Assembly (NCBI GenBank): GCA_963696385.1
Contig: CAVOKF010000007.1
Span: 832,001 to 896,000 of the forward strand
Direction of reading: 5' to 3'
Length of the DNA: 64,000 nucleotides
Source: an uncultured delta proteobacterium
Lineage (GTDB): Bacteria; Myxococcota_A; Polyangia; Polyangiales; Polyangiaceae
Shown: one piece after another, positions 10,221 through 18,704 of the stretch
Layout: the number at the start of each line of letters is the position of its first letter
Position numbering within the stretch: position 1 is the first letter of the stretch
The notes under the pieces: model-generated
What the model was told of the DNA's origin: nothing
What the model saw: the letters and a program-made list of their open reading frames with translations, nothing else
Databases searched by the model: none
Made by a program: the position numbers and the translations under genes

Positions 10221-10820
10221 TTGCCCGTAGCACCCCTTTCCAATCGTGTGGAACCGGAGGCGCCTGCCGACGCGTGGCAAGAGCCGCACCCGGCATCCAC
10301 CCAGCAGCCGCCCGTCGCGCCCGGCTTCGAGGACGTTTACCGCACGTATTTCGAGGACGTTCGGCGTTGGGTAAGAGCCCTCGGGGGCCCGGACGGCGAC
10401 CGAGACGACCTTGTCCAAGACGTTTTCGTCATCGTTCATCGACGTCTTCGCGACTTCGATGGCGAGAATCTGGCCGGGTGGCTTTATCAAATTACGCGAC
10501 ATCGAGTTCGCGATTTCCGGCGATTGCGCTGGTTCCGATTGTTGCTTCGGGGGGCGGAAATGCACGACGGGTTGGTCAGCCCCTCGGAGACTCCCGAGGC
10601 TTCGCTCAATACGAAAGAAAAGGCGCGCCTTCTCGCGCAGCTGCTGTCGAAGGTCCCGGAAGCGCAGCGCGCGGCCTTCGTCCTCTTCGAGATCGAGGGC
10701 TACAACGGAGAGGAGATCGCACGGCTGCAGGGGGTGCCCATCAACACCGTTTGGGCTCGAATCCACAAGGCACGGGCCAGGCTCGCTTCGAAGGCTGCGC
10801 GCTTTCGTAAGGACCGCTGA
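10221..10820 (+). CDS. ECF-family RNA polymerase sigma factor
   Basis: FEDVYR, DDLVQDVFVIV, LAGWLYQI (region 2). QRAAFVLFEIEGYNGEEIARLQGVPINTVWARIHKAR (region 4.2). Confidence 0.93.
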   Translation: MPVAPLSNRVEPEAPADAWQEPHPASTQQPPVAPGFEDVYRTYFEDVRRWVRALGGPDGDRDDLVQDVFVIVHRRLRDFDGENLAGWLYQITRHRVRDFRRLRWFRLLLRGAEMHDGLVSPSETPEASLNTKEKARLLAQLLSKVPEAQRAAFVLFEIEGYNGEEIARLQGVPINTVWARIHKARARLASKAARFRKDR

Positions 10821-10832
10821 GGGAGGTGCGAC

Positions 10833-11540
10833 GTGAAGCGGCTCGTTGAGGAGGACCTGAGCCCGGAGGCCGGCGCGCATTGGCTCGCAGAGCTCGTGCG
10901 AGCCACGCCGCGGCTGCCGCCGACCCCCTTCCAGCAACGTCGGATTCTCGCCGACCTCGCGCGTCCGGCGGTGTCGACCCGCCTCTGGCTCGGACGGGCT
11001 GGAGCCCTCGCGGTAACGCTCGGTGCCACGGCCGCCGCCGCCGCATCCGCGGTGGAGCATGGGTGGCCCTGGGACCGCGCTCGAGGGCCTGTGGCGACTC
11101 TTGCGGCCACGGCGCCGCTCGTGCACGCGGCTCCGTCGCCCGCGGTGGCCGCGCCTTCGGGTCAGGACACGGCACCGCTGACGGTGTCGCCCAGTACGGC
11201 GGATCGAGGCACCGAACGGCCTGTATCGCACCCCCCGCGGCGCTCCGAGTCGAAATCGGTCGGCAAGAGCGGCGAGGAGCCCACGCTCGTGCTCGAGGCC
11301 ATTCGGGCGCTCCGAAATCGACGAGACGGCGTGCGGGCTGGGATGCTTTTGACGGAGTACCTCAAGGGCCAGCCGCAGGGGGTTCTCGTCGAAGACGCGA
11401 CCGCCTTGTCGGTCGAGGCGGCCCTCGCTCGCCACGACGAACATGCCGCGGGCGAGCTCGCACGGCGGTACTTGAGCCAGTTCCCGGGTGGCCGCTACCG
11501 AAGGTTCGCGCTTCGTGCCCTCGAGTCCAGCGAACCTTAG
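10833..11540 (+). CDS. Putative membrane-anchored anti-sigma factor with C-terminal TPR-like helices (paralog 1)
   Basis: GGAGG RBS, 12 bp after the sigma gene. One hydrophobic segment, Pro/Ala linker, and EEPTLVLEAIRALR...EYL..QPQGVLVED...RYLSQFPGGRY. Confidence 0.7.
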   Translation: MKRLVEEDLSPEAGAHWLAELVRATPRLPPTPFQQRRILADLARPAVSTRLWLGRAGALAVTLGATAAAAASAVEHGWPWDRARGPVATLAATAPLVHAAPSPAVAAPSGQDTAPLTVSPSTADRGTERPVSHPPRRSESKSVGKSGEEPTLVLEAIRALRNRRDGVRAGMLLTEYLKGQPQGVLVEDATALSVEAALARHDEHAAGELARRYLSQFPGGRYRRFALRALESSEP

Positions 11541-11788
11541 GTCGGCCATCCACCCGCTAGCCCCTCCCCGGGCGGCCGCCGGTGACGACGCTTTCTCTGT
11601 CATTTCGCACTGTTCCGGACGATCGAGCGGGGGTCGGCGTCTGTCTTTCCGGGCGCCCCGCTCACTTTGTCGACAAGACTTTGTCGGCACCACCCCTTTC
11701 CAGTAATGTGGACCAAGAAGACAGGCCCAGCGGATCCGAAAGTGCGCTGGGACTCGGGCGTTGGGCCTCGGCTTCGCCACTCGGTCCC

Positions 11789-12508
11789 ATGACTCGCCTC
11801 ACGGAAGGCCATTGGGTGCCGGGCTCGCCCGAAGACCGCCTCGCGGACCTGGTGCGGGCCGTTCCGCGCGCTCCCGTTCTGCCGTTCGCGCCCTCTGCGA
11901 ATCTCGCGCGCATGCGAAGTGGCTTGCGCTCGGGGCGCACCAACCTGGTCCGTGCATGTGGGCTGGGTATTTTGCTTGCCGGAGCTGCAGCCGCGGCCGC
12001 GCAAGGACCGCGTCTATTGGCCAGGTCGAGCCGACCAGTGGCTCCCCCAGCCGTCGTCGCGGCCGCCGTGACGGCCGCGCCCGGACCGATCAGGGATTCC
12101 CGCTCCGCGAAGAATCCGGAGCCCGTTACCGAACGTCTCGAAGGCGTCGTGCCTGCGGTGGCGTCGCCCGCGCGGGCCCCTGCCGCCGAGCATCATCCGG
12201 CGATGAGACCCTCCGCTCGCTTGAGCAACCGATCGGGCGACGATCCGACTCTCGTGCTCGGGGCGATCGCAGCTCTTCGGAGCGGCCGCGATCCCGCTCG
12301 CGCGAGCGCGCTTCTCGCGGAGTATCTGCGAACGCAGCCCGCCGGCGTACTGGTCGAGGATGCTCTGGCCCTCTCGGTGGAGGCCGCCGCCGCCAGCCAC
12401 GACGCGCAGCGGACCGCTGACGTGGGGGAACGGTACCTGGATCGGTTCCCGCTGGGTCGCTACGGGTCGTTCGTCGTGCAGGCGATGCACGCGGTGAGCG
12501 GCCGCTAG
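11789..12508 (+). CDS. Putative anti-sigma factor / TPR-like protein (paralog 2)
   Basis: Start MTRLTEG chosen by alignment to paralog 1 (MKRLVEE). DDPTLVLGAIAALR...EYLRTQPAGVLVED...RYLDRFPLGRY. Confidence 0.7.
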   Translation: MTRLTEGHWVPGSPEDRLADLVRAVPRAPVLPFAPSANLARMRSGLRSGRTNLVRACGLGILLAGAAAAAAQGPRLLARSSRPVAPPAVVAAAVTAAPGPIRDSRSAKNPEPVTERLEGVVPAVASPARAPAAEHHPAMRPSARLSNRSGDDPTLVLGAIAALRSGRDPARASALLAEYLRTQPAGVLVEDALALSVEAAAASHDAQRTADVGERYLDRFPLGRYGSFVVQAMHAVSGR

Positions 12509-12607
12509 CTTCTCGGCGGCGACGTCACGGAACGACGTCGTTTCGCGGTGCTCTTCCGCGGCCTTGCGTATCGCAGGGCGATTGGCGGGGTCGGGGTCCT
12601 TGATTCC

Positions 12608-12639
12608 CGCCGAGGGTGAGTGCGCCGAGGGTGAGTGCG
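12608..12639. repeat. 15-bp tandem duplication (cgccgagggtgagtg x2) between convergent genes
   Basis: Exact copies at 12608-12622 and 12623-12637, plus cg. Confidence 0.8.
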
Positions 12640-12837
12640 GACAGGTGTCGATCGCCGGCCGCGAAGTGGCCTTCCGCGATCGCAACCAGGGACAGCCCGG
12701 TCGGCGCTTATTGACTCGCATTCGCGGCTCAACTCCGTTGAGCTCGCCGAGGCCGATGCAGAGATCCGCGGAAAGCCGGCCGCGAGTTCGCTTTTTTCAG
12801 CGATCGCGGCCGGAACCCGCATCGGTTTTTCGCAAAC

Positions 12838-13944
12838 TCAGGGCATCGCGCCGTCGTTGATCCAGTCTTCGATCATCGTTTGCTGGGCGGTGGTCAAGTA
12901 GGGCGGGCCATTTTTCGGCATTTGGGATCCGCAGGCCGCGGTAAGGAGCGGGGCGCCGGCCACTTTCTGGTAGAGGAGGCTCGTCATGGCGTCTCCCGGC
13001 GTGACGTAGCTCTCGTTGCAGCCGACTTCGTCCGTCGCGCTCGACGTTCCCATCTTGAGGGTGTTGTAGGCCGTCATCTCGGTGGCCATGTTGAGGCCGC
13101 CCTTCGCGGTGGCCCCGTGGCAGGTGAGGCACTTGGGCGAGATGATGGTCGAATAGACGGTCGCGAAGCTGATCGCGGCCCCACCCGCTTCCGTCGCGGG
13201 AGGTGCCGTCGTACTGGACGACGCACCCGACATCGGCGTGGACGACGAGGAAGAAGACGAAGGCGGCGGGGTGTTGTTATTGCCGGCGTCGTCGCCAGCG
13301 GCAGTGCCGGCGCCAGCGTCGTCGCCGGCGGGCGGTGCGGGTTGGCCTTGGCCGGCGTCGTCATCGCTACCCGCGTCCCCGGTCCCCGCAGCCGGTGCGC
13401 TCGCGGCGACGGACTCAATCCATCCCAGGACGCATTGCTGTTCCGTCGCGGTTAGGGGGTCACCCGATGGGTTCGTGCTTGTCCAAGGCATTTGATACAT
13501 GCCACCAGGCGGGTTGTTAAAGAGCTTCAGATAGATGAAGCTCTGCGACGGGCTTGCCGAGTCGATTAGAAAGTCGGTCGGCACTTCCTGACTCGCCACA
13601 TTCAAGAGAGTCGCTGCCAGGCCTGAGGACGGCGTGAGGTTAAGGTTTTCCGCCGTCGTCGTCCCGTCGTGACATCCGATGGATGCGCATTTGCCCGCCG
13701 GGGCCATCGCCGCGAAAATGGTATTCGGAGCGTCGCACGACGAGGCGCTTGCGCCCGTTGTGCCGCTGCTCGGCGTCGTGGTTCCACCACCCCCATTATT
13801 CTGGACCGCCTTGATGTAGGCTGGCTCGTCGGCGAGTGTTCCCGGGCACGCGGCGAATGCCGCCACGAGCCACGCCAACGCTCCACCGCGCGCCGCGAAT
13901 CGCAGCACCCGCACTCGAACCGATTGCATTTGAGGCATATTCAT
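12838..13944 (-). CDS. Lipoprotein with two planctomycete-cytochrome-like c-type heme domains
   Basis: Lipobox AFAAC. Domain 1: CASIGCH...SFIYLKL...QMP...VLGWI. Domain 2: CLTCHG...GGLNM...PGDAMTSLLYQKV...QMP...IEDWINDGA. Confidence 0.75.
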   Translation of the reverse strand: MNMPQMQSVRVRVLRFAARGGALAWLVAAFAACPGTLADEPAYIKAVQNNGGGGTTTPSSGTTGASASSCDAPNTIFAAMAPAGKCASIGCHDGTTTAENLNLTPSSGLAATLLNVASQEVPTDFLIDSASPSQSFIYLKLFNNPPGGMYQMPWTSTNPSGDPLTATEQQCVLGWIESVAASAPAAGTGDAGSDDDAGQGQPAPPAGDDAGAGTAAGDDAGNNNTPPPSSSSSSSTPMSGASSSTTAPPATEAGGAAISFATVYSTIISPKCLTCHGATAKGGLNMATEMTAYNTLKMGTSSATDEVGCNESYVTPGDAMTSLLYQKVAGAPLLTAACGSQMPKNGPPYLTTAQQTMIEDWINDGAMP

Positions 13945-13956
13945 CCGGAAGCGCTC

Positions 13957-15387
13957 CTAGAAAATGTAGGCCAAGGCGAGACCGCCACCGAAAAACTGAT
14001 CGACTGCGCCACCGGCGATGTACGTGGACAGCGGCATCAAGGTGGGCTTGAACGAATAAAAATACCGCTCGTAGTCGGTATTGATGCGCGCTTCCCATCC
14101 CTGCGCGAACCGAAACGCGAGCCCGAGTTCGGCATCGACCCCATCGACGGACGGATCCGTAAAGCGATCGGCCACGTCTCCGGCGGCAAAGACGGCGCGA
14201 AAGCCCGCCCCGCCGAGCAACGCGAAGCTCCCGAACGGCACGCGCACGTCCACCGCCGTGCGATTCGAGCGGTAGTCGACGGCCGGGACTTGGCTGTCGA
14301 TGGCTGTGCCGGTTGCAGCGAACGTGACCGACTGCATCGTGTACGAGTCGGACACGCCGATGATCGTGCCCGTATCGCCCCAGGGATGAATGCGAAATCG
14401 GAGCCCCCCGGCCGCGGCCGTCTCGACGGTGGAGATCTTGAGCCCGCCCGCCGCCGAAGAGTCGAGAAAGAGCGAGCGCGAGAAGCTCCCGATCAACCCG
14501 AGGTCGCGCAAAAACCCGCTTTGGTCCGCGAGCGGAAAAAATTCGACGTTGCCTGCAAAGAGGGCCGCCGGAGCGACGCTGTACGACCTCAACGGCCCCG
14601 CTGAGGACGAGACCCCGTCGTTGAAGTCAAAGGACCTGCCTGCCGCGACTCCGCCGATGTCCACATCGAAGAGCGATCGGGAAATCAGGCCGCGCGGACG
14701 GTGCGCGATCGTGTCCTTGGATTCTTCTCCCGCCGGAGTGGCCTCGGCGGACGCTTTCTCAGCCGGCGCTTCCGCCTCGTCGCCGCTCGCCTCTTTGGTC
14801 TCCTTCGTTTCTTTGGTTTCCTTGGTCGTCGTCTCTTTCGCTTCTTTGGCCTCGGGGGCGGCTGCGCCCTTGTACTTCTCGAACGCATCGCCCACGGCAC
14901 CCGTCAACGCGGAGTCGTGCCGCGGGTCGCTGTCCCCGTCCAAAACGACGTCGTCAAGGCCCTGCTCGCCACCCGACGCGTCGACGACCAACAGCCGAAT
15001 GCGTCGCTTTGCCTTGACCTTCGACACACGCGCCACGAGCACGGCGTCGAGCCCGAGCGCGGTCGCGGCGGCGCGAATGCGTTCCACGGCGGCCTCGTGC
15101 GCCTTGCCCTTGCCGTCGAGCTTCTTCGCAAAGGGCCCTTTTTGGCCCTGCGCCGAAAGCGCCTGCGCAAACGAATCGGCGTCGGCAACCGACGGACCCT
15201 TGGGAACGGCGTCCACCAGGGCCTCGCGCACGTTCGACGCCCCAGGCCCCTCGACATACACGCCGACCGACTTGCCCTTGGCCCAAGCGGTCGTCGTCAA
15301 CGCCATCAGCGCGACCCACGAGGCCGCGCCGAGCAGGCGACGAATGGGCGCGAACCCTAGGTGTTTGAATCGGTGAAACAACTTCAT
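13957..15387 (-). CDS. Exported protein with periplasmic N-domain, charged linker and C-terminal outer-membrane beta-barrel
   Basis: Signal peptide (TTAWA), KET-rich linker, amphipathic strands and terminal GGLALAYIF, a BamA-type signature. Confidence 0.7.
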   Translation of the reverse strand: MKLFHRFKHLGFAPIRRLLGAASWVALMALTTTAWAKGKSVGVYVEGPGASNVREALVDAVPKGPSVADADSFAQALSAQGQKGPFAKKLDGKGKAHEAAVERIRAAATALGLDAVLVARVSKVKAKRRIRLLVVDASGGEQGLDDVVLDGDSDPRHDSALTGAVGDAFEKYKGAAAPEAKEAKETTTKETKETKETKEASGDEAEAPAEKASAEATPAGEESKDTIAHRPRGLISRSLFDVDIGGVAAGRSFDFNDGVSSSAGPLRSYSVAPAALFAGNVEFFPLADQSGFLRDLGLIGSFSRSLFLDSSAAGGLKISTVETAAAGGLRFRIHPWGDTGTIIGVSDSYTMQSVTFAATGTAIDSQVPAVDYRSNRTAVDVRVPFGSFALLGGAGFRAVFAAGDVADRFTDPSVDGVDAELGLAFRFAQGWEARINTDYERYFYSFKPTLMPLSTYIAGGAVDQFFGGGLALAYIF

Positions 15388-16055
15388 TCAATCGGGCCTT
15401 ATCCTCATATGGGTCATTCATCGCGACAGGCGGAATGGGGTTTGCCCCATCGCCCACTCTATCTTGCACAACCGACTCAAGAGGGCTTCGACGTGGGCGG
15501 TTGGCTCGTAAGCATTTGACATGACCTTGGGGCCGGCGCCATCGCCGCAACCCAAGCTTCGCAGGGTGACCCAATGCGGTACGCGATGGGGTGGGGGCCG
15601 TCAAGTCGGGACGGCCTATTAAGCGCCTCGATCGCCCTTGTAGTTCCGAGTGTGACCGCATGTCGTCGTGACTCGGAAGCGCGGTTGACTGCACAATTCC
15701 ATTCCCAATGTCGAATGTCTTCGGCACCGCGAACGCGCGCCGCGTCGGACGCACCCGAAGTGGGCGCCCACGAGAAATTGGGCATTCGTCCTTTGAAGCG
15801 AATGCCTCGGGCGAACGCCGCGCAAACGTTGGGGAGCGTTTTGGTCATGACCCGCGCTCTTCAGTGGTTTGGCCGCCCTATTTTGGCTCGCGCTTCCGAC
15901 TCAAGCGCAACTCCACGAGCGCCCAAATGGCCTGCGTGGTCCGGTAAACTCGTAAAGAGGGACCTCGCACCGAAAATCTTTTCGGCAAAATTCGAGCACA
16001 TCCACGAGTGAGGTGGGGTCCTAGCGCACCGAGGTTCGTGTGTTAGCCTTGGCGC

Positions 16056-17033
16056 GTGAATTGCGGCCGGCTGGGCATGAGCGCGGCCACGTTGCTCTTT
16101 GGGTGCAGCGCCCCCTCCCTCGATGTGGGCAGCAACATCGTATGGTCCACGGACTTCGAGAGCGGGGACTTCTCCGCCTGGTCCGCCCCTCCAGGGACGG
16201 GCGGGGCTTATGTCGACAACGAAGGCCCGGACACCCCGTCGATCGCGATCACCACCGAGCAGGCCCACAGCGGCCGCTACGCTGCGAAGTTGACCAGCAC
16301 GGCCGCCGCTCCAGAATCCCCGCTGCAGCCGAATGGCGCCGGGATGTACAAGCAGGGCACGTTCCCCCAGGCCGCCTACTACAGCGCGTGGTACTACGTT
16401 CCCCAAGTCTATCCCTCGCCCGCAGCGTGGGACATTTTCAGGCTAAACGTCCCGGAGGCTACGCCCGACGCTTCGGCCGAGGCCGGGGGGCCCATGGATG
16501 CATCCACCGAGGTGGGGGCCCCGCCCTTGGATGCATCGGCCGAGGCTGCGGCCGATGCTTCGGGCGAAGCGGCAGCCCTGCCCTTGCCGGATGCTTCCGC
16601 GGGGGCCGACGCTTCGGCGCAGACCGAGGCCGGGGTGGTGTCATTGCCCGATCCGGGCGCCAACACGCCGAACTTCATCGACCTCAGCCTCGAGTGGCTT
16701 CCCGACGGGACCATGACGATCCGCCTGGTGGACGCCCGCCACCAGTACCTCACGAGTCCATTGCCGGATCCAGTTCCGGCGATTCCGATCGGCCAATGGT
16801 TTCAAATCGAATGCTTTTTCGACAGTGCCGCGGATTCCACCGGCCGGCTGACGGTATGGCTGCAAGGGACCGAGATCTACGATCTTCAACGGCCGATGAG
16901 CGGAACACCCCAGGTGTTCTTTACGGCGTGCAGCTACGCCGACGAAACCCAGCCCACAGTCCTTTACGTCGATGACGTGGCCATCAGTTCCGTGCGGGTC
17001 ACACCCGAGGGACGGCTCACGGTGCCGCCGTGA
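16056..17033 (+). CDS. Lipoprotein, polysaccharide-lyase/jelly-roll-like domain
   Basis: Lipobox LLFGC, WSTDFESGD, AHSGRYAAK, AYYSAWYYVP, IPIGQWFQIE, GRLTVWLQG, LYVDDVAIS. Confidence 0.65.
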   Translation: MNCGRLGMSAATLLFGCSAPSLDVGSNIVWSTDFESGDFSAWSAPPGTGGAYVDNEGPDTPSIAITTEQAHSGRYAAKLTSTAAAPESPLQPNGAGMYKQGTFPQAAYYSAWYYVPQVYPSPAAWDIFRLNVPEATPDASAEAGGPMDASTEVGAPPLDASAEAAADASGEAAALPLPDASAGADASAQTEAGVVSLPDPGANTPNFIDLSLEWLPDGTMTIRLVDARHQYLTSPLPDPVPAIPIGQWFQIECFFDSAADSTGRLTVWLQGTEIYDLQRPMSGTPQVFFTACSYADETQPTVLYVDDVAISSVRVTPEGRLTVPP

Positions 17034-17893
17034 TCGGCGCCACGCTCAAGCCTCCTGAGGCGGGATGCTGCACGTGGCGATGGGCCGTCCTGGCCGCCCC
17101 GTGGCTTATCGCCGGCTGCTCGCCCGAACCGCCGGCGCCCCCTCCGAGCGACGTCGCCGAACCGTGTGACGCGTCGACCGACGTCGATCAGTCTCTTCAT
17201 TTCAACGGGGTTACCGACTTTATGACCACGGGGACGGCGAATTTTCCCACGGCGTCGGATCGCCAGACGTTGTCGATGTGGGTGCGCCCCTCCGATTTGC
17301 TGGGACAGCAGACCTTCATGACGCTGCGGCGCGACGTGCGGAGCGGGGTCACCCTCGGCATTCGCAACGGAAACGTCGCGGCCTGGGCGGTCTTCGGGGA
17401 CCACATCCTCGTTCAGGCCGCCCTCACGCCGGCCGCCACCGCGACCACCGATTGGCACCACGTCGCGTACGTCCAAGACATGGCCGATGCCGGCATGCTT
17501 TTCAGCACGCTGTATATCGACGGCGTGGCCGTGGCCATGGGGGACGGCAACATGAACAACCTGAACCCGCTGTCTTCGTGGATCGGCTCCTTCGACGGAG
17601 AACCCGCCGACGCCATCTCCTCGGACGGCGCCTTTTTCGGCGGAAATCTCGACGAGATCCGTATCTGGGCCGTGGCACGCACGCCCGCCGGCATTGTCGA
17701 GGACATGCAAGGAACCGTCGCCGCCGGCGAGCCGGGGCTTGTGGCCTACTTCAACTGCCGATTCGTGTGCGGGACGCGGATGCCGGACCTCTCGGGCAAC
17801 GGCAACGACGCGACCCTCGGCGGCGGCGACCCTCAATACATGCCGACGTTGAGCGCGGACGTTCCACCCTTGCGGGATGGGGGCGGCTTTTGA
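17030..17893 (+). CDS. LamG-like (concanavalin/laminin G) domain lipoprotein
   Basis: GTGA overlap with the previous gene. Lipobox LIAGC, SLHFNG, TLSMWVRP, WHHVA, LYIDG, FGGNLDEIRIW, GLVAYF, DLSGNGN. Confidence 0.85.
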   Translation: MIGATLKPPEAGCCTWRWAVLAAPWLIAGCSPEPPAPPPSDVAEPCDASTDVDQSLHFNGVTDFMTTGTANFPTASDRQTLSMWVRPSDLLGQQTFMTLRRDVRSGVTLGIRNGNVAAWAVFGDHILVQAALTPAATATTDWHHVAYVQDMADAGMLFSTLYIDGVAVAMGDGNMNNLNPLSSWIGSFDGEPADAISSDGAFFGGNLDEIRIWAVARTPAGIVEDMQGTVAAGEPGLVAYFNCRFVCGTRMPDLSGNGNDATLGGGDPQYMPTLSADVPPLRDGGGF

Positions 17894-17915
17894 GCGGTCC
17901 CGTTTCGATCGCGAG

Positions 17916-18482
17916 CTACGACCGGAAGTAGCCGCCGATGGTGAAGCCAATCGTAATGGCCGTGATCGGATTGGGCCCCGCGAGCTGGGTCGTGAAGCCG
18001 GGCCCTAAGCCGAAGAAAAAATGCTCGGCCGGATGGATCAGGAAAGGCGTGAAGATCCCGAGCGACAGATCGCCGTTGGTCGACCCGTGGCCGTTCGAGG
18101 AGAAGGAATTCACCGTGACCGATAGCGAGGCGCGCGGCCAGAATGACCACGTGTCGCCCAAGGCGATGTCGTACCCCACCTGCGGCGCGACACCGAACGT
18201 GGTCGAGTTCGAGCCACCGCCGCCCGCGTCACTGAGCGTCACCTGGCCGCCGAGAGACAGGTGGGCGATGATGAAGTAGTCGAGCGCCGGAGCCAGGGTG
18301 AACGACGTGTCCGTCGGATTATTCAATTTCTGCTGAAATCCCAGATTCGCCTGGTTGGTCACGACGAACGTGCCGGGAACGTCGAGTTCGGCCGACGTTC
18401 CCCCGAACGCCAACGCGGGCGAAGCGGCCGCGAGCACCGCGCCGACCGCCAACCCTTCGAGGCTCAACCGTGCCATTCGCAT
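17916..18482 (-). CDS. Small outer-membrane beta-barrel protein
   Basis: Signal peptide SPALA, FTLAPALDYFI..LSLGG, FGVAPQVGY, HFFFGLGP, terminal IGFTIGGYF. Confidence 0.75.
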   Translation of the reverse strand: MRMARLSLEGLAVGAVLAAASPALAFGGTSAELDVPGTFVVTNQANLGFQQKLNNPTDTSFTLAPALDYFIIAHLSLGGQVTLSDAGGGGSNSTTFGVAPQVGYDIALGDTWSFWPRASLSVTVNSFSSNGHGSTNGDLSLGIFTPFLIHPAEHFFFGLGPGFTTQLAGPNPITAITIGFTIGGYFRS

Positions 18483-18704
18483 CGGGGCCCCTTACCCGAG
18501 ACCCGCGACGCTGTCACTTCTTCCGGTCTTGGTTGGGGCGCCACTTTCTGCCGCGGGACTTCGCCCCAAACCCCCAATCGCCTCTCGGCGATTGACGTAC
18601 ACCGCCCGGCTGACCCCATGGTTTCCCCGGGGCGGTGTCCTTACGCCGATGCCGACCCCGCGTTCAAGCGCGCGGTCGATGCGGGCAGGCTCGCCGCGTC
18701 GGGC

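Noticed and set aside
15388..16055. ncRNA or small gene in the long divergent intergenic region (also 8258-8993)
   Set aside because: No recognisable riboswitch, tRNA or convincing ORF with RBS by eye; an Rfam/Infernal scan would be needed.
18553..18577. REP-like element (cgggacttcgccccaaaccccc)
   Set aside because: Only one imperfect copy in the window, so it cannot be supported.
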